The translations under genes were made by a program, and so were the position numbers. Below, piece after piece: positions 10,621 to 20,148 of a DNA stretch of 64,000 nucleotides. Each line of letters opens with the position of its first letter. Position 1 is the first letter of the stretch. Source of the stretch: Alphaproteobacteria bacterium (GTDB lineage Bacteria; Pseudomonadota; Alphaproteobacteria; MPNO01); NCBI GenBank assembly GCA_965248835.1, contig CBDFLJ010000002.1, positions 736,001 to 800,000 on the forward strand. The letters are read 5' to 3'. A model generated the notes under the pieces. That model was not told where the DNA came from. It saw only the letters and a list, made by a program, of their open reading frames with translations, and did not search any database.

Positions 10621-11187
10621 ATGCAACCCAGCGAGGTATCCGTGCCGCTCGGCATCGTGATCCGCAAATCGCCGGGCGTCACGCGCTGGGCGCGCTGGAC
10701 GTGGCGGGTCGTTGGCGTGTTGCCGGGCGCGGGCGAGGCGGATTGGCGGGAATTGCGGCGCGAAGGGGATGTGTGCGAATACCACGCCGCGACGGTGCCG
10801 ATGGAACTCTGGGCCTCCGATACCGAAGCCTATCTGAGCGGTCTTTCGGCGCGTGTACCGGCGGTCTACGTCGTGATGCGCGAGGCCACCGAGAGCGATG
10901 CCGAGCACGCGATCGAGGTGGTGCTGGCGACGGCATCGCCCTATGAAGCCCAGGATTACATGGACAGCGGCGAAGAGATCGTCGAGCAGGTGCCGATGCC
11001 CGAGGGCCTGGCGGCGATAGTCCGCGATTTCGTCGACCTGCACCATCAGGACGAGGATTTCGTCAAACGCCAGCGCGACGACAGGAAGACCGGCCGCGCC
11101 GAAGACGGCAAGGGCGATCCGCGCATCCGGCAGCTCTCGGACGTCTACCGGACGCCGCGCCGGCCCGACAAGGAACGGCTGCATTGA
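10621..11187 (+). CDS. DUF3305 family protein
   Basis: TRWARWTWRVVGVLPG...TASPYEAQDY...EQVPMP. Confidence 0.82.
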   Translation: MQPSEVSVPLGIVIRKSPGVTRWARWTWRVVGVLPGAGEADWRELRREGDVCEYHAATVPMELWASDTEAYLSGLSARVPAVYVVMREATESDAEHAIEVVLATASPYEAQDYMDSGEEIVEQVPMPEGLAAIVRDFVDLHHQDEDFVKRQRDDRKTGRAEDGKGDPRIRQLSDVYRTPRRPDKERLH

Positions 11188-11819
11188 CCGGGCGTCAGGA
11201 TTTCTGGTCGCGCCGAAAGGCGGCGGTCGACGCCGAGAAACGCGCCCATGGACAGGCCCTGGAGGATGGGAAGGTCGACGAGGCGCGCCAGGCGCTGGAG
11301 GAAAAACCCGAAGCGGACGTGCTGGCCGAGCTGAACCTGCCCGATCCCGATACCATGCAGCAGGGCGACGATTTTTCGGCCTTCATGGCCAAGGCCGTGC
11401 CGGACCGGCTGCGGAGGCGGGCTCTGCGGCGGCTCTGGCTGTCTAATCCGGTGCTGGCGAACCTGGACAACCTGGTCGACTATGGCGAGGATTATACCGA
11501 TGCCGCCACGGTGGTCGAAAATCTCCAGACGGTCTATCAGGTCGGCAAGGGGATGATCCGACAGGTGGAAGCCCCGACCGAAACCGCCGCCTCCGACCCT
11601 CCCTCAGAGGCGGTCGAAGGCGGCATCGCCGAGCCGTCCTCGACCGTGGCGGAAACCGTGGCGGAAGACGATACGGACGCAGCCGAAGCGTCTCCCGCGC
11701 CGACCGAAGTGAGGGAAGACGACGCGGAAGAGGAGATCGCGGTCGAGCAGCGATCCAAGCGTCAAATGCGGTTCGCATTCGTGGATGCGGAGGACAGCCC
11801 GGTCGAGGCGGCGCGATGA
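11184..11819 (+). CDS. DUF3306 family protein
   Basis: FWSRRK...LPDPD...RRRALRRLW..NP...LDNLVDYGEDYT. Confidence 0.82.
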   Translation: MTGRQDFWSRRKAAVDAEKRAHGQALEDGKVDEARQALEEKPEADVLAELNLPDPDTMQQGDDFSAFMAKAVPDRLRRRALRRLWLSNPVLANLDNLVDYGEDYTDAATVVENLQTVYQVGKGMIRQVEAPTETAASDPPSEAVEGGIAEPSSTVAETVAEDDTDAAEASPAPTEVREDDAEEEIAVEQRSKRQMRFAFVDAEDSPVEAAR

Positions 11820-11835
11820 GAGGGAAGAACAACAA

Positions 11836-12444
11836 ATGACCCCGGCGGTTCAGGACGCGCGTGTCACCGTGGAGGACAAGCTCCGCGCCGATCTGTACGA
11901 TTTCCTGGGTGCGTTGCTGGCCGGGCCGCCGGACCAGGCGCTGCTGCGCAAATTCGCAGCCCTGTCGGGCGATGACACCGAGCTGGGCCGGGCGATCCAG
12001 GCACTGAGCAGGGTCGCGTCGGCCGCCACGCCAAGGGCGGTCGAGGACGAGTTCAACACCCTCTTCGTCGGGCTCGGCCGGGGCGAGCTGCTGCCCTATG
12101 GCAGCTACTACCTGACCGGTTTCCTGAACGAAAAGCCGCTGGCCGCGCTCCGCGACGACATGAAGACGCTGGCGATCACCCGCGCACCCGACGTGTTCGA
12201 GCCCGAGGATCACATCGCCAGCCTGCTGGAAATGATGGCGGGCATGATCACCGGCCGTTTCAGCGGACCGGTTTCTATGGATCAATTCAAAAGATTCTTT
12301 GACAAGCACGTCGGGCCGTGGGCCGGCCATTTTTTTGCGGATCTGGAAAGTGCAAAGAATTCAGTATTTTACGCTCCGGTCGGCGCGGCCGGCCGCGCCT
12401 TCATGGAGATCGAAAAAGAATCGTTTCGGATGATTTCCGGCTAA
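11836..12444 (+). CDS. TorD/DmsD family molybdo/tungsto-enzyme chaperone
   Basis: PYGSYYLTG and EPEDHIA motifs. Confidence 0.88.
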   Translation: MTPAVQDARVTVEDKLRADLYDFLGALLAGPPDQALLRKFAALSGDDTELGRAIQALSRVASAATPRAVEDEFNTLFVGLGRGELLPYGSYYLTGFLNEKPLAALRDDMKTLAITRAPDVFEPEDHIASLLEMMAGMITGRFSGPVSMDQFKRFFDKHVGPWAGHFFADLESAKNSVFYAPVGAAGRAFMEIEKESFRMISG

Positions 12445-12482
12445 CACCTACGAAAGTGGGTGTGCTAGGGTAAAACGGAGTA

Positions 12483-12689
12483 ATGAAGGAGAAGTCCATG
12501 CGCGAAAGAACAAAGACCGAACAGAAAAATCGCCGCGACTTTTTGAAGCTCGCTTCAGCCTCGCTTCCGGCAGCCGCAGTGGCGGCCGTGGCGGGTACAA
12601 CTGCCGAGGCGGCGACCTTGAAGGACGACGGCGAAGGGATGCGGGACACCGCACACACCCGCGCCTATTACGAGAGCGCCCGTTTCTGA
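12483..12689 (+). CDS. Small Tat-signal FDH accessory protein
   Basis: RRDFLK twin-arginine motif; C-terminal TAHTRAYYESARF. Confidence 0.8.
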   Translation: MKEKSMRERTKTEQKNRRDFLKLASASLPAAAVAAVAGTTAEAATLKDDGEGMRDTAHTRAYYESARF

Positions 12690-12796
12690 CCGACGCGCTC
12701 ACCCGGAATGGCCAACGGTTGCGTGACGCCCGGCGGCCATCAGGACGTCAAACCCGGCAAACCGGCACCGTCCGGGGCGCCTGAGGGAGGTTGAAG

Positions 12797-15691
12797 ATGC
12801 TGAGCAAAAAGACCAACGGGGTTGCGAGACGCCCCCAGCGGACTTCGCTCTTGTCAAACATTTCGCAGACATCCGTCGACCGGCGGACATTCATTCGCGG
12901 CTCGGGTCTCGCCATCGGCGGGTTGGCCGCGATCGGCGCGACCGGCGGCATGGTCACCAAGGCGAGCGCGCAGAAGGCTGTCCAGGGCGCGGTAAAGACC
13001 ATCAAATCGGTCTGCACCCATTGCTCGGTCGGCTGCAGCGTGATCGCGGAGGTCAATAACGGCGTTTGGGTCGGCCAGGAGCCCGGCTGGGACAGCCCGT
13101 TCAATCTCGGCGCCCATTGCGCCAAGGGGGCGGCGGTTCGCGAGCACGCCAACGGCGAACGCCGGCTCAAATACCCGATGAAGAAAATCGGCGGCAAGTG
13201 GCAGCGCATCAGCTGGATGCAAGCGATCGACGAGATCGGCGACGGCATGATGCAGATCCGCAAGGAAAGCGGGCCCGACAGTGTCTATTGGCTGGGCTCG
13301 GCGAAGTTCAGCAACGAGCAGGCCTATCTGTTCCGCAAGTTCGCGGCCTATTGGGGCTCGAACAACGTGGATCACCAGGCTCGGATCTGCCACTCGACCA
13401 CCGTTGCGGGCGTTGCGAACACATGGGGCTACGGCGCCATGACCAACTCCTACAACGACATCCACAACAGCCGCGCGATCTTTCTGATCGGCGGCAACCC
13501 CGCAGAGGCGCACCCGGTCTCGCTGCTGCATGTGCTCAGGGCCAAGGAGCAGAACAACGCGCCGCTGATCGTCTGCGATCCCCGGTTTACCCGGACCGCG
13601 GCGCATGCGGACGAATATGTGCGTTTCCGTCCCGGCTCCGACGTGGCGCTGATCTGGGGCATTCTCTGGCACCTGTTCGAGAACGGGTGGGAGGACAAGG
13701 AGTTCATCCGCACCCGGGTCTGGGGCATGGAACAGATCCGCGAAGAGGTCGCCAAGTGGACACCCGAAGAGGTGGAACGCGTGACCGGCGCCCCGGGGGC
13801 GCAGCTTCGCCGCGTCGCCCGCACCTTGGCCAACAATCGGCCCGGCACCGTGATCTGGTGCATGGGCGGCACCCAGCACACCAACGGCAACAACAACACG
13901 CGGGCCTACTGCGTGCTGCAGCTGGCGCTGGGCAATATGGGCACGAGCGGCGGCGGCACCAATATCTTCCGCGGCCATGACAACGTCCAGGGCGCGACCG
14001 ACCTCGGCATCCTCTCCCACACCCTGCCCGGCTATTACGGGCTTTCGGCGGGTGCCTGGGCCCACTGGGCGCGGGTCTGGAAAGAGGACCTAGGCTGGCT
14101 GAAGAGCCAGTTCGCCACCACCACCGGCGCCGACGGCAAACAAAAGAAACTGATGAACCTGACGGGCATTCCGGTGTCCCGCTGGATCGACGGGGTTCTT
14201 GAAGACAAGAAAAACATCGACCAGCCGGACAACCTCCGGGCCATGGTTCTTTGGGGTCACGCCCCCAACTCGCAGACGCGTCTGCAGGAGATGAAGGTCG
14301 CAATGGAGAAGTTGGACATGCTGGTCGTGATCGACCCGTATCCAACCGTCTCGGCAGTTCTTCACGACCGGACCGACGGGGTCTACCTGCTGCCCGCCTC
14401 GACCCAATTCGAGACGCGCGGCTCGGTAACCGCATCGAACCGCTCGATCCAGTGGCGCGACAAGGTTGTCGAGCCGCTCTTCGAAAGCCTGCCTGACCAG
14501 GTGATCATGGCGAAGTTCGCCAAGAAGTTCGGCTGGGCCGACCGGTTCTTCCGCAACATCAAGATGGAGGCGGAAGACGCGCCGTCGGTCGAGGACATGA
14601 CCCGCGAGATCAATGCGGGCATGTGGACGATCGGCTACACCGGTCAGTCGCCCGAGCGGCTCAAGCTGCACATGGCCAATCAGCACACCTTCAACAGGAC
14701 GACGCTGCAGGCGGTGGGCGGTCCGGCGGACGGCGACTATTACGGGATGCCTTGGCCCTGCTGGGGCACGGCCGGGATGAAACACCCGGGCACCCCCAAC
14801 CTCTACGACATGTCCAAGCCCGTCTCCGAAGGCGGCCTGACCTTCCGTGCCAGGTTCGGCGTGGAGCGCGACGGCCAGAACCTGTTGGCCGAAGGCGTTT
14901 ACTCGGCCGGCTCGGAAATCCAGGACGGGTATCCCGAGTTCACCATGCAGATGCTGATCGATCTGGGATGGGACAAGGACCTGACCGCCGAGGAGCGTGC
15001 GGCGATCGACGCCGTGGCCGGTCCGAAGACCAACTGGAAGACCGACCTTTCGGGCGGCATCCAGCGGGTTGCGATCAAGCACGAATGTGCACCGTTCGGC
15101 AATGCCAAGGCCCGCGCGGTGGTTTGGAACTTCCCGGACCCGATCCCGCTGCACCGCGAGCCGCTGTATACGCCCCGGCGTGATCTGGTGGCGGACTATC
15201 CGACCTACTCGGATCGCAAGCTCTACCGTCTGCCCACCATGTACGCCTCGATCCAGAAGAAGGATTTCTCCAAGGACTATCCGCTGATCCTGACTTCCGG
15301 TCGTCTGGTGGAATACGAGGGCGGCGGGGATGAGTCGCGGTCGAACCGCTGGCTTGCCGAGCTTCAGCAGGACATGTTCGTCGAGATCAATCCTCGAGAC
15401 GCCAACGATCTCGGCGTGCGCAACGGCGCGCAGGTCTGGCTCGAGGGTCCCGAGGGCGCTCGCGTCAAGATCATGGCCATGATCACGGAGCGCGTTGGAG
15501 CCGGGGTCGTCTTCATGCCCTTCCACTTCGGCGGGCATTTCCAAGGCGCCGATTTGAGGCACAAATACCCTGAAGGTGCCGACCCCTACGTGTTGGGCGA
15601 AAGCAGCAACACGGCGCAGACCTACGGCTACGACTCGGTCACTCTAATGCAAGAGACGAAGGCGACACTCTGCAAGATCTACACGGCATAA
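12797..15691 (+). CDS. fdhA: Formate dehydrogenase alpha subunit (Tat-exported, Cys-ligated)
   Basis: RRTFI Tat motif, CTHCSVGC..C cluster, DHQARICHS, RGHDNVQG. Confidence 0.95.
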   Translation: MLSKKTNGVARRPQRTSLLSNISQTSVDRRTFIRGSGLAIGGLAAIGATGGMVTKASAQKAVQGAVKTIKSVCTHCSVGCSVIAEVNNGVWVGQEPGWDSPFNLGAHCAKGAAVREHANGERRLKYPMKKIGGKWQRISWMQAIDEIGDGMMQIRKESGPDSVYWLGSAKFSNEQAYLFRKFAAYWGSNNVDHQARICHSTTVAGVANTWGYGAMTNSYNDIHNSRAIFLIGGNPAEAHPVSLLHVLRAKEQNNAPLIVCDPRFTRTAAHADEYVRFRPGSDVALIWGILWHLFENGWEDKEFIRTRVWGMEQIREEVAKWTPEEVERVTGAPGAQLRRVARTLANNRPGTVIWCMGGTQHTNGNNNTRAYCVLQLALGNMGTSGGGTNIFRGHDNVQGATDLGILSHTLPGYYGLSAGAWAHWARVWKEDLGWLKSQFATTTGADGKQKKLMNLTGIPVSRWIDGVLEDKKNIDQPDNLRAMVLWGHAPNSQTRLQEMKVAMEKLDMLVVIDPYPTVSAVLHDRTDGVYLLPASTQFETRGSVTASNRSIQWRDKVVEPLFESLPDQVIMAKFAKKFGWADRFFRNIKMEAEDAPSVEDMTREINAGMWTIGYTGQSPERLKLHMANQHTFNRTTLQAVGGPADGDYYGMPWPCWGTAGMKHPGTPNLYDMSKPVSEGGLTFRARFGVERDGQNLLAEGVYSAGSEIQDGYPEFTMQMLIDLGWDKDLTAEERAAIDAVAGPKTNWKTDLSGGIQRVAIKHECAPFGNAKARAVVWNFPDPIPLHREPLYTPRRDLVADYPTYSDRKLYRLPTMYASIQKKDFSKDYPLILTSGRLVEYEGGGDESRSNRWLAELQQDMFVEINPRDANDLGVRNGAQVWLEGPEGARVKIMAMITERVGAGVVFMPFHFGGHFQGADLRHKYPEGADPYVLGESSNTAQTYGYDSVTLMQETKATLCKIYTA

Positions 15692-15704
15692 GGAGAAAAC
15701 AGAG

Positions 15705-16298
15705 ATGGCAAGAGCAAAATTTCTCTGCGACGCCGAACGCTGTATCGAATGCAATGCCTGTGTGACTGCATGCAAGAACGAGCACGAGGTGCCGTGGGGG
15801 ATCAACCGGCGGAGAGTCGTGACGATCAACGACGGCAAGCCTGGTGAACGGTCGATCTCGGTGGCCTGCATGCACTGCTCGGATGCGCCGTGCATGGCCG
15901 TCTGCCCGGTGGATTGCTTCTATCAGACCGATGACGGCGTCGTGCTGCACTCCAAGGACCTCTGCATCGGCTGCGGTTATTGCTTCTATGCATGCCCCTT
16001 CGGAGCGCCGCAATTCCCGCAGGCGGGCAATTTCGGGTCCCGCGGCAAGATGGATAAGTGCACCTTCTGCGCCGGCGGCCCCGAAGAGACCCACTCGACG
16101 GCCGAGTTCGCCAAGTACGGGCGCAATCGAATCGCGGAAGGCAAGCTGCCGATCTGCGCCGAGATGTGCTCGACCAAGGCGCTGCTTGCGGGTGACGGCG
16201 ATGTCGTCTCCGGCATCTACCGCGAACGCGTGGTCGCCCGCGGCTTCGGCTCCGGCGCCTGGGGCTGGGGCACGGCTTACGGCCAAAAGGGTAGCTGA
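15705..16298 (+). CDS. fdhB: Formate dehydrogenase beta (Fe-S) subunit
   Basis: CIECNAC, CMHC..APC, CIGCGYC and KCTFC motifs. Confidence 0.95.
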   Translation: MARAKFLCDAERCIECNACVTACKNEHEVPWGINRRRVVTINDGKPGERSISVACMHCSDAPCMAVCPVDCFYQTDDGVVLHSKDLCIGCGYCFYACPFGAPQFPQAGNFGSRGKMDKCTFCAGGPEETHSTAEFAKYGRNRIAEGKLPICAEMCSTKALLAGDGDVVSGIYRERVVARGFGSGAWGWGTAYGQKGS

Positions 16299-16403
16299 TC
16301 CGCATCGCGCAGGGGGCACTCCCATGCCCCCTGCGCCGATCGGTCATCGCGGGCGGGCACGTGCCCGCCCGCGCGCCGTTCGGCCGGTCTCAAGGGCCTT
16401 CCA

Positions 16404-17636
16404 ATGATCAAGACGCTGCGCACGCTTCTGATCCTGACGCTTGCATTATCACCGCTGGTCGCGGCGCCGACCGCCGCGCAGGAGGGCGCCGCCGCCGAGA
16501 GCGAAGCGCCGCGCGCTTCCACGGGGGGCGCCCAGACGCTGGAGGACATTCTCGCCCGCCAACGCGGTGCGAAGGTCGATGACGCGTTTCGCCGCAATGC
16601 GGTCGGCAATCCCGACAAGGCGGCCGGTATCGCCGCACAGCTCGGCACGCTGGGCGGCGCCTCGGACGCGGAGGTCTTTCGCGCCCTCCGCTACGGCAGC
16701 GCCGATGTCACCGTTTCGGCGAAGAACCCCGCCGCAGGCGTTCTGATTCAGGATTCCGGCATGTGGTGGCTGGAATTCAGGGAGGGTCCGCTATCGGTCT
16801 ATGGCGGATATCTGCTCCTGGCAATGATCGCGGTGCTCGCGCTCTACCTGCTCGTGCGAGGCCCGATCCGCATCGAGGGCGAGAAGACGGGCGAGACGAT
16901 CTTGCGGTTCAACGCCATCGAACGCTTTGGCCACTGGCTGCTCGCCGGCTCTTTCATATTGCTCGGGATCACCGGTCTGATCACGCTGTTCGGGCGGGTC
17001 GCGCTGATCCCTGTCTTCGGCAAGGAATCCTTCGCCGACATCGCCCTGGCCTCGAAATGGGTGCACAACAACGTCAGCTGGGCCTTCATGCTGGCGCTGG
17101 TGATGGTTTTCGTCTGCTGGGTGGTTCAAAACCTGCCCAACCGAACGGATCTGATATGGCTGGCCAAGGGCGGCGGGCTCTTCTCGAAGCACACCCACCC
17201 GCCGGCCCGTAAGTTCAATGCCGGACAAAAGATCATCTTCTGGGTCGTCATCATCCTGGGCGTCTCGATCTCCGCATCGGGACTGTCGCTGCTGTTCCCG
17301 TTCGAAATGCCGATGTTTGCCAAGACCTTCGCGATACTGAACGCGCTCGGATTGCCGCAGGTCGTCGGGATGGGAGAACTTTCCACGACCCTCACGCCCC
17401 ATGAGGAGATGCAATACGCCCAGCTCTGGCATTCCGTCGTCGCCTTCGTCTTCATGGCGATCATCATCGCCCATATCTATCTCGGCACGATGGGGATGGA
17501 AGGCGCGTTCGATGCGATGGAATCGGGCGAGGTCGAAAAGCAGTGGGCGAAAGAGCACCATTCGCTCTGGTATGAGGAGGTCGTCGACGAAGACCCGGTC
17601 TCCCCTCCGGACCCCCCGCCCACGCCGGCAGAATGA
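16404..17636 (+). CDS. fdhC: Formate dehydrogenase gamma (cytochrome b) subunit
   Basis: ERFGHW, KFNAGQK, AHIYLGT and WAKEHH motifs. Confidence 0.92.
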   Translation: MIKTLRTLLILTLALSPLVAAPTAAQEGAAAESEAPRASTGGAQTLEDILARQRGAKVDDAFRRNAVGNPDKAAGIAAQLGTLGGASDAEVFRALRYGSADVTVSAKNPAAGVLIQDSGMWWLEFREGPLSVYGGYLLLAMIAVLALYLLVRGPIRIEGEKTGETILRFNAIERFGHWLLAGSFILLGITGLITLFGRVALIPVFGKESFADIALASKWVHNNVSWAFMLALVMVFVCWVVQNLPNRTDLIWLAKGGGLFSKHTHPPARKFNAGQKIIFWVVIILGVSISASGLSLLFPFEMPMFAKTFAILNALGLPQVVGMGELSTTLTPHEEMQYAQLWHSVVAFVFMAIIIAHIYLGTMGMEGAFDAMESGEVEKQWAKEHHSLWYEEVVDEDPVSPPDPPPTPAE

Positions 17637-17637
17637 G

Positions 17638-18951
17638 ATGGCGTTCCGGGCGCTGTTGACGGCGCTGGTCCTGATCCCGTCCGCCGCGGCGGCGGGGGCA
17701 TTCTTCACGCTCAAGGGTCACGGCGGCCCGATCAAGGGAATCGACGTCTCGCCCGACGGCAGCGCCATCCTGACGGCGAGTTTCGACTATTCCGTCGGCC
17801 TGTGGCGCGGCGGTGCGCCGGTGTGGCTCGAGGCGCACGGCGCGGCGGCCAACACCGTGCGGTTCGTCGACGAAAACCGCGCGGTTTCGGCAGGGGACGA
17901 TTTCGCCCTCTATTCCTGGGACCTCACCACGGGTGCGGGCCGGCGTCTGGGCGGCCACAAGAGCAAGGTCATTGCCCTTGCGCTGTCGCCCGACCGACGG
18001 ACGGTCGGGTCCGCGAGCTGGGACGGCACGATCGGGCTCTGGCCTCTCGACGGCGGTGCGGCGCGGTTCTTGAAGGGCCATGCCTCCGGCGTAAACGACG
18101 TCGCCTTCTCTGCGGACGGCAATGCGCTCTATTCGGGCTCGGCGGACGGCACGATTCGGATCTGGGACCTCGCCAAGGGCGTGCAGAAGCGGCTTCTGCT
18201 CAAACGCTGGTTCGGGATCAACACGCTGGTCCTGAACGGGTCCGGCGGGTGGCTGGCTTTCGGCTCGGTGGACGGGACGGTTCAGGTCGTGAACGTGGAA
18301 AGCGGCGCGGTGATCGCCGACTTTACGGCCTATCGGAGCCCCATCCTTGCAATGGCGGCCGACCGGGCGTTCGCCACCCTGGCGGTGGGGGACGGCGAGG
18401 GCTTCATCAAGGTGATCGACAGCACGGCCTGGTCGGTGTTGCGCAACTTTCGCGCAACGCTGCGCGGGCCGGTCTGGGCGCTGCGCTTTTCGGCCGACGG
18501 CAAGAATATCCACGCCGGCGGCCTCGACGATGCCATGTATAGCTGGCCCGTGGCCTCGCTCGGCGAGCACGAGCGGATGACCTCGGGCGACCGCTCGTTC
18601 CTCAGGAACCCGTCCAAGATGAGCAACGGCGAACGCCAGTTTCAGCGCAAGTGTTCGATCTGCCACGCGCTGGGGCCCGACGGGCTGCGCCGCGCGGGTC
18701 CGACCCTGTTCAGGATTTTCGGACGGCAGGCTGGCAGCCTGGCCGATTACAGCTACTCGCCGACGCTTCAGGACTCCGACATCGTCTGGAATGAAGGCAC
18801 GATCGACGCGCTGTTCGATCAAGGTCCGGATGACTTCATTCCCGGCTCGAAGATGCCCATGCAGCGCATCGCGAAACCCGCTGACAGAGATGACCTGATC
18901 GCGTTCCTCAAGCGCGTGACCACCGACACCGACCGGGGGAGCAGCAGATGA
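17638..18951 (+). CDS. WD40-repeat protein with C-terminal cytochrome c
   Basis: GH...WD repeats; CSICH and PGSKMP. Confidence 0.88.
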   Translation: MAFRALLTALVLIPSAAAAGAFFTLKGHGGPIKGIDVSPDGSAILTASFDYSVGLWRGGAPVWLEAHGAAANTVRFVDENRAVSAGDDFALYSWDLTTGAGRRLGGHKSKVIALALSPDRRTVGSASWDGTIGLWPLDGGAARFLKGHASGVNDVAFSADGNALYSGSADGTIRIWDLAKGVQKRLLLKRWFGINTLVLNGSGGWLAFGSVDGTVQVVNVESGAVIADFTAYRSPILAMAADRAFATLAVGDGEGFIKVIDSTAWSVLRNFRATLRGPVWALRFSADGKNIHAGGLDDAMYSWPVASLGEHERMTSGDRSFLRNPSKMSNGERQFQRKCSICHALGPDGLRRAGPTLFRIFGRQAGSLADYSYSPTLQDSDIVWNEGTIDALFDQGPDDFIPGSKMPMQRIAKPADRDDLIAFLKRVTTDTDRGSSR

Positions 18952-19073
18952 AAGCCATGTTGATCGCGTTTCTGGCCATCGTGGTGATCGCCGTCGGCGC
19001 GGATGTCGCTCTCGACTATATCGGCTTCTCCACCCGGGAGATCACATCCGGCCCGTCGGTTCGCAGCGGCTGA
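18948..19073 (+). CDS. Small membrane protein (41 aa)
   Basis: MKAMLIAFLAIVVIAVGADVALDYIGFS...; ATGA overlap with the upstream stop. Confidence 0.6.
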   Translation: MKAMLIAFLAIVVIAVGADVALDYIGFSTREITSGPSVRSG

Positions 19074-19174
19074 TCGTCAAGCTCGAAACCAGAACAGGCG
19101 TGTCTAATACGCCCGATCGTGCTGTCTGAGGACCTGGAAACCCGCCCCCGACCGCCACAACCTTTTGATTTAAT

Positions 19175-19219
19175 TGGTGGGCGCACACGGACTCGAACCG
19201 TGGACCCGCTGATTAAGAG
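19175..19219 (-). other. 3' half of tRNA-Lys(CTT); att-core remnant, not a full tRNA
   Basis: Reverse strand CTCTTAATCAGCGGGTCCACGGTTCGAGTCCGTGTGCGCCCACCA gives anticodon loop, T-arm and CCA; the 5' half is absent. Confidence 0.85.
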
Positions 19220-19786
19220 ACGGCAACGCTTTCTGCAATGAGAGTGTCCTTAGACGGTTTCGGCGGTCTGGCGGCTCAGGAAGAACCAAGGGGTTACCGG
19301 CGATTTGTCTAAGGACGAATGATGAAAGACACGGCTATGGAGGCCTCTGACCCCGACGCCGAACACCATCTCGCCTGCTGCCCGGGGGAGACAGCCTGAT
19401 CGCAGTGTGCGGCTCGACAAGGATTGGTCGGACCGGCCGCTTTGCCGGAAGCGGCCTATCGGCTCGACTTCGGCGGCGGCGACCGGCCTGGGTGCCGATC
19501 TCCCGGGTCGAGGACAACCCGGACGGCATCGTCACGATGCCGGCGGCGCGCCTACGGGATGGGGATGATCCGATGCCGCCTCCGTGCCCGCGATGCGGCG
19601 GGCGGTTCGCGCCGGCCGGCGCGGCGGATTTGCCGGGCTGTTCGACAGGGTGCAGATTGCGGCGAGAACCGTCCGGACGGCCCCTCGGGGGCAGCGCGGC
19701 AGCCGAAATGCCCGATGTGGTCTCCCCGGGCGCGGGCGTGCAGGTTTCCCATTCGGGAAACGACATTCGATCGACCGCCGCCGGCG

Positions 19787-20143
19787 TCAGCGGCGGCGGC
19801 TGAGCGCCCGCCTGTCGGGGCCGTAGAACCTCTCCAGGTAATCGAGGACCAAGGCCCTGTCCTCGCGCTCGATCTCGGCCATTTCCTGCTCCTCGATCAT
19901 GTAGTCGATCACCTCGCTCCAGACCGAGCGGGACAGGCCCTGCTGGAGGACCAGCTTGAGCGAATGGCACGCACCGCACAGCCCGAACACTTCATCGCGC
20001 CCCGCGCCGGGGGGCAGGCCCTGGTAATCGTCCTCGACCGCGGCCGCAGCATCCCGGGGCGATTGCGCAGTCGCGGCCGGCGGCCCGAAGGCCGCCAGCC
20101 AGAGTGCGATCAGCGGGGCCGCATGGCGCGCCCCCCGACCCAT
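19787..20143 (-). CDS. Monohaem cytochrome c partner of the sulfite dehydrogenase
   Basis: Signal peptide; LPPGAG..CGACHS; directly downstream of the molybdoenzyme. Confidence 0.8.
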   Translation of the reverse strand: MGRGARHAAPLIALWLAAFGPPAATAQSPRDAAAAVEDDYQGLPPGAGRDEVFGLCGACHSLKLVLQQGLSRSVWSEVIDYMIEEQEMAEIEREDRALVLDYLERFYGPDRRALSRRR

Positions 20144-20148
20144 CGGTG

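Noticed and set aside
13370-13400. Selenocysteine in FdhA
   Set aside because: The active-site codon is TGC (ARICHS) and the frame is uninterrupted.
9125-18822. Long antisense ORFs (e.g. 9125-10561, 14090-15562, 17464-18822)
   Set aside because: Shadow frames of GC-rich genes, with no motifs.
19175-19219. Functional tRNA-Lys gene
   Set aside because: The 5' acceptor strand and D-arm are missing.
19335-19803. ORFs between the att site and cytochrome c
   Set aside because: Arg/Pro/Gly-rich with only an isolated CPRC; no supportable call.
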